Shown: positions 23,055 through 35,473 of the stretch, one piece after another
Layout: each line of letters begins with the position of its first letter
How positions within the stretch are numbered: position 1 is the stretch's first letter
NCBI RefSeq assembly: GCF_902713615.1
Contig: NC_052149.1
Coordinates: 173,341,126-173,405,125 of the forward strand
Direction of reading: 5' to 3'
From: Scyliorhinus canicula
Lineage: Eukaryota
DNA length: 64,000 nt
Notes under the pieces: generated by a model
Databases searched by the model: none
Seen by the model: the letters and a program-made list of their open reading frames with translations, nothing else
What the model was told of the DNA's origin: nothing
Made by a program: the position numbers and the translations under genes

Positions 23055-25061
23055 CATTGGCCCCAGTACTGGGGAACAGGGTCCTGTTCCGATAGGATGA
23101 TCTTCATTTGAATTATGCTGGGACTGTGCACAGTATACAAAACAAGGCAGATGAGCTTGTTGTGCACGTTGAAATTGGCCGGTACGATGTTGTGGGCATC
23201 ACAAATACGTGGCTGCAAGAGGATCGGGGCTGGGATCTAAATATCCAAGGATATGTGTCCTATGGAAGGGACAGGCAGTTGAGCAGATGGGGTGGGTTGC
23301 ATTGTTAGTAAGGAATGAAATTAAATTGATAGCAAGAAGCGGGATAGGATCGGAAGGCAGGAACCTGTCCGGGTAGAGTTGAGGAATTGCCAAGGGAAAG
23401 GACCCTGATGGGAGTTATGTACAGACCCTCTAGCAGTAGTCAGGATGTGGGGCAGGAAATAAATTGAGATAGAAAAGACATATAAAAGGCAATATTACAA
23501 TAATCATAATCATGGGGGACCTCAATATGGAGGCGGACTGGAAAATCAGGTCGGTAGCACATCGCAAGAAAAGGAATTTGTGGAATGTCTACGAGATAGT
23601 TTTTTTGGAGCATCTTGTGGTAGAGCCCACGAGGGAACAAACAATGTTGTGACGTGTAATGAGGCAGACTTGATTAGGGAACTTAAGGTGAAGGAACACT
23701 TAGGAGGCAGTGACCATAATATGAAAGAATTTACCCTGCAGTTTGAAAGGAGAAGCTAGAATCAGATGTAACGGTATTACAATTGAATGAAAGTAATTAC
23801 CAATACATGAGGGAGGAGCTGGCCAATATTGATTGGAAGAAGAGCCTATCAGGTAAGACAGTGGAACAGCAATGGCAGGAGTTTTGGGGAGTTATTCGGG
23901 AGGCACAACAGAAATTTATCCCAAGGAGGAGGAAGGATGCTAAGGGGAGGACGAGGCATCCATGGCCGATGAGGGAAGTCAAGGACAGCATAAAAGCAAA
24001 AGAAAAAGCATACAAAGTGGCGAGAATTAGTGGGAAGACAGAGGATTGGGAAGCCTCTAAAAGCGAGCAGAGGACAACTAAAAAAAGTAGTATGGGGAGA
24101 AGATGAAACATGAGTGCAAGCTAGCTAGTAATATAAAATAAGATGGCAAGAGTTTTTATCAATATATAAAAGGTAAGGGAGAGACAAAAATAAATATTGG
24201 ACCACTGAAAAATGAGGCTGGACAAGTAATAATAGGAAACAAAGAAATGACAGAGAAACTGACTAGTGACTTTGCCTCTGTCTTCAGATTGGAAAACACC
24301 AGTGGGATGGCAGAACTTCAGGAGAATCAGGGGCAGAGGTGAGTGTAATGGCTATCTCTAAGGAAAAGATTTGAGGGAAACTGAAAAGTCTGAACTTAGA
24401 TAAATCACCGGGACCGGATGGACTACACGCCAGGGTTCTAAAATAGATAGCTGAGGAGATTGTGGAGACATTGGTGGTGCTCTTTCAGGAATCACTGGAG
24501 GGTCCCAAAGGACTGAAAAATGGCTAATGTAACACCCCTGTTTAAGAAGGGAGGAAGGCCGAAGATGGGAAATTATAGGCTAGTTAGCCTGACTTTGGCC
24601 ATTGTTAAGGTTTTAAAGGCCATTGTTAAAGATGAGATTGTGGAGTATTTGGAAGTGCATGATAAAATAGGGCTGAGTCAGCACAGCTTTGTCAAGGGAA
24701 GATCATGTCTGAAAAATCTGTAAGAGTTCTTTGAGGAGGTAACAGGGAAGTTAGAAAAAGGAGACCCAGTGGACATGATCTATTTAGATTTACAGAAGGC
24801 TTTTGACAAATTGTTGTATAGGAGGCTGTTAAGAGCTCATGGTGTTAAGTGTAAGATACTGGCATGGATAGAGGATTGGCTGACTCAGAAGGTAAAGAGT
24901 GGGGTTAAAGGAGTCTTTTTCAGGATGGCAGCCAGTGACTAGTGATGTGCCTCATGAGTCGGTGTTGGGACCATAACTTTTCACAGTATACATTAACGAT
25001 CTGGAAGAAGGAACTGAGGGCACTGTTGCTAAGTTTGCAGCTGATACAAAGATATGCAGAG

Positions 25062-25630
25062 TGTCATGAGAATGTCGCTTTAAAAAATGGTTAGCTGCTC
25101 ATGTTACTGCAGTGATGTCAGAGTGTGGGTGGAGCTGAGCTTTGGTTCTGCTTTTTAGTTTCACTTTGAGGAAAAGCTTGGGTGTGTCTGGGTCTTCCAG
25201 TGAGCTGCAGCTGAAGTTAAACAAAGAGCTGTCCTGTTGAGCTCTGCCATCCAAAGGCTATCACTGGATCATTTGGTGAATTCAGGATTATAAATGTTCT
25301 CAATAGTGAATGTGAACCTAATGTGCTCCTGTTTAAATGTTTGTTAAGTCTTTTGGATGTTAAAAGGACAGCTTAACGGATTACTTAGTGTATTCTTTGC
25401 GTGTTATCTTTGAATTAATGGTTGCTAAGATATTCACTGTTTGTTTTAAAAAGTTAACTTGAGTTCATAGAATAAACATTGTTTTGTTTAAAAAAAAATA
25501 CTTGTCCATTTCTGCTGTACCATACCTGTAGAGTGGGCCATGTGCTCCCCATACCACACTCTATTAAAAGTTGTGGGTCAGGTGAACTCCATGATACACT
25601 TTGGGATTCTCTAAACCCTGACGCATAACA
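25062..25630 (+). mobile_element. Solo LTR inserted in the CR1 RT domain
   Basis: TGTCATG...CATAACA termini, AATAAA near 25471, TSD AGAG at 25058-25061 and 25631-25634; CR1 coding resumes on both sides. Confidence 0.92.
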
Positions 25631-26850
25631 AGAGGGGCAGGTAGTGCAGAACAAGCAGGGGTTTTGCAGAAGTATTTGGATAGGCTAGGAGTGTCGGCAA
25701 AGAAATGGCATATGGAATATAATGTGAACACGTGTGAGCTTTTGTACTTTCGTAGGAAGAATGGAGACATAGACTATTGTCTGCATGGAAAATGCTTAGG
25801 AAATCAGAAGCACAAAGGGACTTGGGAGTCCTTGTCCAATATTCTCTTATGATTTAAAATGCAGGTTCAGTCAGCATATAGGAAGGCAAATGCAATGTTA
25901 GCATTCATGTCGAGAGGGCTTGAATATAAGAGCAGGGATGTACTTCTGAGGCTGTATAAGGCTCTGGTCAGACCCCATTTGGAGTATTGTGAGCAGTTTT
26001 GGGCCCCGTATTCTAAGGAAGGATGTGCTGGCCTTGGAGAGGATCCAGAGGAGGTTCACAAGAATGATCCCTGGAATGGAATGAAGAGCTTGTCATGAGG
26101 AGCTGTACTCATTGGAGTTTAGAAGGATGAGGGGGGATCTTATTGAAACTTACAGGATACTGAGAGGCTTGGTTGGAATGGATGTGGAGGGGATTGTTTG
26201 ATCAGTAGGAAAACCAGAAACCGAGGCCAAAGCCTCCGACTGAAGGAATGATCCTTTAAAACTGTGATGAGGAGGAATTTCTTCAGCCAGAGGGTGGTGA
26301 ATCTGTGGAACTCTTTGCCACAGAAGGCCATGGAGGTCAAAGCACTGAGTATATTTAAGACTGAAATAGATAGGTTCTTGATTAATAAGGGGATCAGGAG
26401 TTATGGGGAGAAGGCAGGAGAATGGGGATGAGAAACATATGAGCCATGATTGAATCTGCTCCACCATTCAATGGGCTGAATGGTCGTCTGCTCCTATGTC
26501 TTAATGTCTAATAGATTTTGGAAAGCAATCAAAGCATTAATAATGGCGTGATGATTGGGTTAATGTCAACAAACTGCTATTATTGCGAAACAGATTTATT
26601 TTGCTGGCACAGGCAGGTTTTTTTTTTAATTTTTAAAGGGCTGGTGATTAAAATAAATTTATAGCTTGACAGTTGTAAAGATCATTTCTGCCCTTCAGGA
26701 GGTTTTAGGGCCGCTCCAAATATTGTAATTCCCACGCTGTGGTTTCAGGCCCTTGCTGCAACCAAAATGGGTATTATTTGAACTCGGCAGTGAATAAAAA
26801 TGCCAGAACCTCAGCTCCACTTCCCCACCCCCATACACACACATGCAAGG

Positions 26851-27166
26851 ATGGCACGGTAGCACAAGTGGATAGCACTGTTGCTTCACAGTGCCATGGT
26901 CCCAGGTTCGATTCCCGGCTTTTATCACTGTCTGTGCGGAGTCTGCATGTTCTCCCTGTGTCTGCGTGGGTTTCCTCCGGATGCTTCGGTTTCCTCCCAC
27001 AAGTCCTGGAAGACGTGATGTCAGGTGAATTGGACATTCTGAATTCTCCCTCTGTGTATCTGAATGTGACGCTTGAATGTGGCAACTTGGGGTTTTTTCA
27101 CAGCAACTTCATTGCAGTGTTAATGTAAGCCGACTTGTGACAATAAAGATTATTATTATTATTATT
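26851..27166 (+). mobile_element. HE1-like V-SINE with Rex1-like tail
   Basis: Same structure as 1767-2075; ends gtgacaataaag(att)n. Confidence 0.85.
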
Positions 27167-27630
27167 GAACACAAATGCATTTAGCACAGCAGATTTTCAT
27201 TAATCCTCTGATCATCACATTAAGCATTACCTTGCTGCTTAGATGCAATCCATCTATCCTTCTTTGTCCACCCTTCTCCTCGTTTTCCTAATGCTCCAGA
27301 ATTTTTCCCCCATTATTATTCTTCCCTTCCCTCTCTCTCCTTACTCTCAGACTCTTAAAGCCCTTACCCCTAGACTCCCAACCTCTTGCCTGTCTCCCCC
27401 CTCCTTTCCTTCTCCCGCTCCCAATCTCTGTCCACAAACATCCTCCTCCCCCTCCCTCTTTTCTAGTGCATCTCCTCATCCTGTTTTGAAAAAAGATTAT
27501 TCCCTTCTCAAAGTTACAAGCCATTGTGCAGAATAGACAGGGCAGGCATTTAATCCATCTCATTGCTTGCACCAAAAACCAATTCAAATTCAGATTGTAT
27601 CCAATTCATGGTTCCCACAAAAGAGATATA

Positions 27631-30600
27631 CGGTTGGGTTCTCCATCCTGTGACGGCTGCATTATGTTCGCCGATGGGATGGAGATCGGGCGACGGGGCA
27701 AAATCGGGATTGATGTTGGGCGTCGACATCCTAAGTTCTGCCCCTCCACGATTCTCCGATCACATTGACGGGAATCATGTGGGCGTTGATCACTTGTGGT
27801 CTTTACCAGCGTGGCCCACCACGAGGATCGCCATGCTAGGGCCACGCTGAAATTCCACGCTGCCCCTCCGCCCCTCCCCGGGACCTTGTAATGGAGAGAC
27901 CTCCTCTCAGGGACCCCTATAATAAGGAGACTGCTCCCAGGTGCCCCTGTAATAAGGGGACCCCTAAAGAGACCCCTGTAACATGGAGACCCCCCCCGAT
28001 CCCCTGAGCAAAGGGTCCCCCCACAGGGACCCGTGTAATAAGGGGCCCCCCACACAGTGACCCCCTATCTAAAGGAACACCCCCCCCCCCCCCCCCATGC
28101 ACACACACACAGATTTCCCCCCACAGAAAAGAAAAAGTGCTTGAATGATTGGAATGTACTTAGTGCTTGGAATTCACTAACTCTCTTTGATGTGGTCAAT
28201 GTTTGTAAACATTGGGGTTTCACCACTTAGGCCACTGAACTATGAAGGGAGATGAATGAATCATGGTTGCAGTTGGTTTGGAGAAGCAGTCAATCACAGA
28301 CCGACTTTAAAGTTATGAATAGCTTTCAACTCATCAACTCATGGACCTGTGGGAATCAAAGGCAGGCCACAGCCGCTCTCCTTCCAGGAATGGGCACCGG
28401 GAACTTCAAGATAAGTGTTACAGCTGTAATTCTTCTCACTGCCTGGACTAGACTGTTCTCTAGCTTCCCGACTGGGGTCTCTTTTCTGGGGTGGGGGGGG
28501 TGCATTTGGGGGTCCTTTAAGCACAGGTCCTTGTAGGCAGGGGGACCCGGGGTGGGGGGTTCCTTTGGTCAAGGGGTCCCTGTGGGGGGTCCCCTTGTTA
28601 CAGGAGACCCTGGGCCTTCTGCTTTTACAGGGGTCCCTGGGGGGGGGGGGTCTCCCTATTACAAGGGTCCCTAGGGGGGTCTCCTTATTACATAGAAGCA
28701 TAGAAAATAGAAGCAGGAGAAGGTCATTGTGCCCTTTGTACCTGCTCCATCGTTCATTATGATCAGGGCTGATCATCAAGTTCAATATTCTGACCCTGCC
28801 TTCCCCCCATATCCCTTGATCCCTTAAGCCCCAAGAGCTTTGACCTCAACTACTTACTGTGGCAGCGAATTCTACAGATTCACCACTCTCTGGGTGAAGA
28901 AATTTTTCCTCACCTCAGTCCGAAAATGTTTACCCCTTATCCTCAAACTATGACCCCCTATTTCTGAACTCCCCCACCATCAGGAACATTCTTTCTGAAT
29001 CTACCCTGTTAGAATTTTCTAAGTTTCTGTGAGATCCCCTCTCACTCTTCTCAACTCCGATAAATATAATCCTAACCAATTTAGTGTCTCCTCTTATGAC
29101 AGTCCCATCATCCCAGGAATCAGCCTGGTAAACTTTTGTTGCACTTCCTCCATAGCAAGAATATCCTTCCTCAGATAAGGACACCAAAATGGCACCCAAT
29201 ACTCCAGCTGTGGCCTCACCAATGCCCTATACAATTGCAGTAAAACATCTCTATTTCTATACTCAAATCCTCTCACTATGAAGGGTAACATACCATTTGC
29301 CTCCTTTACTGCCTGCTGTACCGACACGCTTAAGTTCAGTGACTGATACACGAGGACACCAAGGTCTTGCTGATCTCCATCTCTCTCAATTTACACCCAT
29401 TCAAATAATAATCTGCCTTTCTATTTTTGATACAGAAGTAGATAGTCTCACATTTATCCACATTATACTGCATCGGCCATGCATGTGCCCACTCACTCAG
29501 CCTGTCCAAATCCCATTGAAGCATCTCTACATCCTCCTCACAGCTCACTCTCCCACCCATATTTGTATCATCTGCAAATTTGGAGATAATGCATTTAGTT
29601 CCCTCATCCAAATCATTAATATATAACGTGAACAGTTGGGGTCCTAGCACAAATCCCTGCGGTACTCCACTAGTCACTGCCTGCCAATCAGAAAAAGACC
29701 CATTTATTCCAACGTTTTGCTTCATGTCTTTTAACCAGCTTTTTATCCATCTCAAGACACTATCCATAATCCATGCACTTTAACTTTACATATAAATCTG
29801 CTACGTGAGACCTTATCCAAAGCCTTCTGAAAATCTAAATAAACCACATCCACTGGTTCTCCTTGATTAACTCTGCTGGTTACATCTTCAAAAGATTCTA
29901 GTAGATATGCCAAGTATGATTCTCTTTTTGTAAATCCATGCTTTGTCTGATTACACCACTGCTTTCCAAATGTTGTGGTATGAAATCCTTGATAATGGAC
30001 TCCAGGAACTTTCCCACTACTGGCGGTGGGCTCGCTGGTCTATAATTCCTTATTTTCTCTCTACCTCCCTTTTTGAATAGAGGGGTTACATTCACCGCCC
30101 CCCAATCTGTAGGAACCATTCCAGAGTCCAATGAATTTTGGAAAATGACCATCAATGGGTCTACTATTCCTAGTGCCACTTCCTTAAATACTCTGGGATG
30201 AAGATTATTAGGCCCTGGAAATTTGTCTGTCTTCAATCCCATTAGCTACCCCAAAACTATTTATTTACTAATACTAATTTCCTTCAGTTCGTCACTAAAA
30301 CTTGTGCTTCTCCGAACTTCCGGCACATTATTCATGACCTTCCTTTGTGAAGGCAGATGCAAAATATGAATTTAGTTTCTCAGCCAAATAGTTCCCGGTT
30401 ATGAATTCCCACGTTTCTAAGTGTCAGGAGTCGACATTAGTTTTTATTATCTTTTTCTCTTCACATACCTATGGAAACTTTTACAGTCAGTTTTTATGTT
30501 CCCCGCTAGTTTACAGGGGACCCACAGGGTGTCTGCCCATTACAGGGATCCAGGGGGCAGTCTCCCTATTACAGGGGTGCTGGTGGGAGGGTTTTCTTAT

Positions 30601-31166
30601 TACAGGGGTCCCTGTGGGAGGGTCTCCCTAATGCAGGATCCCTGGGGGATCTCCTTATTGCAGGGGTGCCTGGGTGGGGTTTCCTTATTACAGGGGTCCC
30701 TGGGGTGTCTCCTTATTACAGTGGTCCCTGTGGGGGGCGAGGGGGTTCCCCTATTACTGGGGTCCCTGGGGGTGTCTCACTAATACAGGGCCCCTGGAGG
30801 GGGCAGGGTGGTGAGTTGCGTCATTCCCATAGCTGGGGATGGAGGGGCGGCAGCCAGGTAATCCAGGTGTGGAGGGGGGCTGCTGTGCATTGGGGGGTGG
30901 GGGGGGGGGGAGGTTCTCAGGTGCTTTGCGCTGGGTGTTGGGGGGGGGGGGGTTTGGTCAGCTGCAGTACCTCACTTCCAGTCCACCCGCACAAAAATGT
31001 CAGCTCAATATCTGGATTCCCTTGGGAATCCCTTGTATTCCACAACATGCATAAATTTGTATGGCAAGGAATACAGAATTGCTTGCTGGTTTGCACTCCC
31101 ATGGGGATGGTAAGCCATTTGCAATTCACCTCTGGTGGGAGAACTCCCAAATGGAGAGCCCTGCCC
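27631..31166. mobile_element. Harbinger-type element with inverted subterminal minisatellite arrays, interrupted by a CR1
   Basis: Degenerate TIRs cggttgggttctccat / atggagagccctgccc; ATA on both flanks; ~29-bp repeat arrays in opposite orientations. Confidence 0.6.
28693..30510 (-). mobile_element. 5'-truncated decayed CR1 ORF2 (RT and 3' end)
   Basis: DKFPGPNNLHPRVFKE, SGVPQGFVLGPQLFTLYINDL...KFADDT, LVRPQLEYW; TTACA at both junctions. Confidence 0.93.
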
Positions 31167-31276
31167 ATAAGATCCAAGCTGACAAGAAAAGGCATTACAA
31201 GTGATCTTGGGCTTGATCATAGCCAAAAGTGCAGAGCCTTCATCTCCCCACTTCCCATTCCCTCTTCATGGCCTTA

Positions 31277-31597
31277 CATAGAACACACAGAGCAGAGGGA
31301 TGCCATTCGGCCCATCGAGTCTGCAACGACCCATTTAAGCCCTCACTCCCACCCTATCCCTGTAATCTAATAACTCCTCCTAACCTTTTTTGGTCACTAA
31401 GGGCAATTTATCATGGCCAATCCACCTAACCTGCATGCCTTTGGACCGTGGGAGGAGATCAGAGCACCTGGAGGAAACTCACGCAGACACGGGCAGAACG
31501 TGCAAACTCCGCACAGACAATGACCCAGCAGGGAATCAAACCTGGGACCCTGGCGCTGTGAAGCCACAGTGCTAATCACTTGTGCTACCATGCTGCT
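31277..31597 (-). mobile_element. HE1 SINE with CR1 tail
   Basis: Reverse complement of the 22723-23054 type; further copies at 45860-46190 and partial ones at 38005-38140 and 58830-59022. Confidence 0.85.
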
Positions 31598-31737
31598 TCT
31601 TATGCCTTCTTCCTTATCCCAGTTTTTGGTCCAATTCTAATTTCACGTGGCTTCTAATTCCACTTGACCTGAATTCCGCACAATGTGTTGTAGCATTGGA
31701 GATCAATTAGCTGTAATAAATATTTATCTAAGGCTCA

Positions 31738-31821
31738 TATACATTTAAATATTTGTTTTAAATGACACATATTTAAATATTTGTTTTAAATGGCATACAT
31801 TTAAATATTAGTTTTAAATGG
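31738..31821. repeat. Three copies of a 28-bp AT-rich tandem repeat
   Basis: Unit approximately catacatttaaatatttgttttaaatgg. Confidence 0.85.
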
Positions 31822-33762
31822 CAGGAACATTAAAATTGAGAAACTGTTTAAAAACCTGAGAAGTTTACAATAATAATCTTTATTATTGTCACAAGTAGGC
31901 TTACATTAACACTGCAATGAATTTACTGTGAAAATCCCCTGAAAGTAAGCACAGTAACTAGCAGACCTGGACAAATACTGACTATATTTAGTCACTGTTA
32001 ATTAAAAGTGCCAGTTGTATCTGTTGTCCCATCTCTTAATTAGAGAAAACACATTGGGAAAGTTTTGTATCTTTTATTAACGAACAAGTACAAGTAAAGA
32101 AGTTAGGATAAGATTTATACTAAATCAGGACGCTACCTCATAATGTCTAGACATATAAACAATTCTTGAGTATATCTCAGATCTCAAAGAAATTCAAGCT
32201 ATAGTAGGAAGAGATAGGAATCCACAAACACTGAAAAGCAGAATAGGGACAAAGTTACAGGAAAGATGATTTGACATTTCTGGGAGGTGGAAATGAAATC
32301 ACATAATGCGGCCCCTGCCACCATGTCAATGTATCCTGTGCAATTAAACACCAGTTAACCATTTAACAGTCGGCTGCTGGGACTACCCTATTAGTGCCTC
32401 AATAGCGAGGCCTACGCTTGTAGTAGTGGGGTCAATCCACAAACTTGAGGTAGATTCCAGCTCTTGATTTGAAGGGCCGCGGACACTGAGGAAGATATGC
32501 TTAAAGGCAGCAATTTTAAATTTTTAGACTGTCATTGTTGAGGTAAGGCAGCTATAATTACCTTTGATCTGGAAACAGTAGTGAAGAAAATTTGTTATTT
32601 CTTTAAAATGTCTAAGGAATGTGTAACATAGAGAATCCTTGTGTGGAGAAGAAGTAAATCGCTTTGGGAACAGTTTTACAGAAAAGGAGACAGGAGCTCT
32701 TAGAGGCACAGTGTGAGCTGTCTACAAAAAGTCCAAATCTGGGAAAACTGTCTGAATAGCCCAGAGATGCAAAGAGCTAGGTGTTTTCCCACAGGTTACC
32801 AAATTATTAACCAGGATATTATTAATTGGTCAATTGATAAAGATCTCTGGAAAGCTACACGTGCGGACTGCCGCCACTTGAGGGAGTGTGGGTTCATGGA
32901 GGTATGCTTGTATAGGAGTGCTGACCTTGTGTGAGTAAAGAACAGCATATTGTAGAACTGTGCACATATGTAGTGCCACATTGTGTAGGAAGTGGTGGAA
33001 GTGCTTCTGGTTGCATAGGTCATATCTCGGTTATGTCGAATATTGAAAGTGAAATGTATCTTTTCATTTGAAGTATCATTTGATTAATAATTAATGTGTC
33101 ATTTGCTTTGGTTCTAATTTGTGTTTAAAAAGCTACAGAAATTGAATATTGTTGACAATTGCTTCATTTGGGGGTAATTTAGTAAATTTGGTTATTTGAT
33201 TTACATTTCCTCCAAATAAATCGGCTCTAAGTGCAGAGAGAAGGAAGAGAGAAGCTGGAGGGCAGAGCATCTGTTGCCATCCTGGTGACTCTTTTGCCAG
33301 CTGTGCCTCTTGCCTATTGCCACACAAGATCGGTATAATCCACTTCAATAGCAGCAGCTTGCTGGGAGCACTGATGAAGGTCAAATCCAGACAGCCTCTT
33401 GGTTGTCTGGTACAGGGAGGGGGGTGCGGTATGAGGAGGGGATGGTTTGACTGTAGTAATGGTAGAGTGGTGGAGGAAACAATGTGTGTGTTTCTTCTGA
33501 AGGATGGGAGAGCATTTCCCAGTGTCAGATTTACATGGCCAGGGTGTGTGTCTGAGATGCTACGATCTTTTACTTTACCTCAAATGAAGAACGGAACATT
33601 GATAATTTACCTGTTCGACATCAAAACTGCAATGAATAACCCCAGGGGACCAGAGTTGACCTCTGAGGATGAGGATGGGACCTCATATGGTGCACCATCC
33701 AATCCAATCCATAACTAGCACCAGCCTAGACACTTACAGCTCAGTGAGTTTGAGTTTTGGCT

Positions 33763-34318
33763 GAAATGAAATGAAAATCGCTTATTGTCACAAGTTGGCT
33801 TCAAATGAAGTTACTGTGAAAAGCCCCTAGTCGCCACATTCCGGCGCCTGTTCGGGGAGGCTGATATGGGAATCGAACCATGCTGCTGGCCTGCCTTGGG
33901 CTGCTTTAAAAGCCAGCGATTTAGCCCTGTGCTAAATGGGAACAACTAGCTGGTCTGAGGCCATGACAATCTTTAGACTAGCGTTTGGAGGTTGAAATAG
34001 TCCAAGCCTCTGGCACTTTGAAGAATAGTGGAGGGTAGCTAGGTGTTGAACCCTTGGCTAATGATGAGTTTGATGACTCTCATGGAGCGCCAAACACAAT
34101 GGCTCAATGGTTCAATCAGGAGATTCTGGATGGGTGTTATGACCTGAATTCCTGATCTCAAGCAGGCAGTGAAATGAAAAATGAAAATCGCTATTGTCAC
34201 GAGTAGGCTTCAATGAAGTTACTGTGAAAAGCCCCTAGTCGCCACATTCCGGCGCCTGTTCGGGGAGGCTGGTACGGGAATCGAACCGTGCTGTTGGCCT
34301 GCTTTAAAAGCCAGCGAT
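33763..34318 (-). mobile_element. Two copies of the short tRNA SINE (33763-33936 and 34170-34318)
   Basis: Near-identical to 2128-2318. Confidence 0.85.
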
Positions 34319-34321
34319 TGA

Positions 34322-34935
34322 CGCTACGACCAAGAAAGCACGACAGCACCTATGCTTTCTCAGGAAGCTAAGGAAATTTGGCATGTCCACAACAAATCTT
34401 ACCAATTTTTACAGGTGTGCCATAGAAAGCATCCTATCTGGCTGCTTCACAGCCTGGTATGGCAACTGCTCGGCCCAAAACCGTAAGAAACGACAGAGTT
34501 GTGAACACAGCCCAATGTATCACGCGAACCCGCTTTCCATCCATTGACTCTGTCTACACCTCCTGCTGCCCTGGGAAAGCGGGCAACATAATCAAAGAGC
34601 CCTCCCACCCGGGTTATTCTCTCTTCTAACTTCTTCCATTGGACGGAGATACAAAGGTTTGAGAACACGCACCAATAGATTCAAAAACGGCTTCTTCCCT
34701 GCTTTTACCAGACTCCCGAATGGCCCTCTTAGGGTCTGAAGTGATCTTATGGACTGAGCTTTCTATGCATTTTCTCTACAGCTGTACTGTAGACTTAACC
34801 CACTGTCTATGTTTATGCATTTTCATTCTGTATCCTCATGTAGTTATCATACATTCTATGTTTTCATGTATGGAACAAAGTGACTACTGTATGCAGAGCA
34901 ATACTTTTCACTGTACCTCCACCTGACAATAAACC
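34322..34935 (+). mobile_element. Rex1/Babar LINE 3' fragment
   Basis: FLRKLRKFGMSTTNLTNFYRCAIESILSGCFTAWYGNC...IIKEPSHPGYSLF...RTNRFKNGFFP, the Rex1 RT C-terminus; 3' end cttttcactgtacct...tgacaataaa. Confidence 0.88.
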
Positions 34936-35473
34936 CAAATGGACTCCAGGCCCCCTGACCTCTCACTCCTACACTTTAAAATGGATAGAGAAACATAAAC
35001 TTTCAAATAATTACCTGTTTAACTATCTGAATCACCAGTTACTTTCTCATCTGGTGAAGTGGGATGGACTTACAGCTCCGTAAAATCCAGCCCGTGAGGA
35101 ATATTTGAGAAGAATATATGAATTGAATAGAAAACAAATCACTTCAATGTTTTTTGATAAGGTTAAACCAAAACGTCTATTTGTTAAAGTGCACATCAAA
35201 AGATTCCATGGTACACTTCAAAAAAGTGCAGAGGCGTCTCTTCGAATCCTGCCCAACAGTCATCCTTCAGCCAAAACCAGGAAAATAATTACCCGGACAT
35301 TTATTACAATTACGATGTATAAGCTGGCTCCCATGTTTGCCTGAAAAATAAAAGTCACTTCAGCTAAAAAGTAATTCACTTACTGTTAAGTGCTCTGGGA
35401 TTTCTGAAGGATGTGAAAATCTACTTAAATGTAATTTTTTACTTTCTTAGTCAAGTTAAACTAGTTAAACTCA

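Larger units (their letters stand above)
20340..26509 (+). mobile_element. Near full-length decayed CR1 LINE (ORF1 zinc finger/SGNH esterase, ORF2 APE-RT) with nested insertions
   Basis: ORF1 remnants CSCKMWE, LPNRFEIL, VVIGDSIVRGID, VNAWLKDWCGRNG; ORF2 remnants NKADEL...DVVGITNTWL, NVTPLFKKG, NYRLVSLT, LVRPHLEYCEQFWAPY; CR1 3' tail; many stops. The 5' boundary is approximate. Confidence 0.9.

Noticed and set aside
27180-27520. Pyrimidine-rich tract resembling a Penelope remnant
   Set aside because: Too degenerate to support without a library search.
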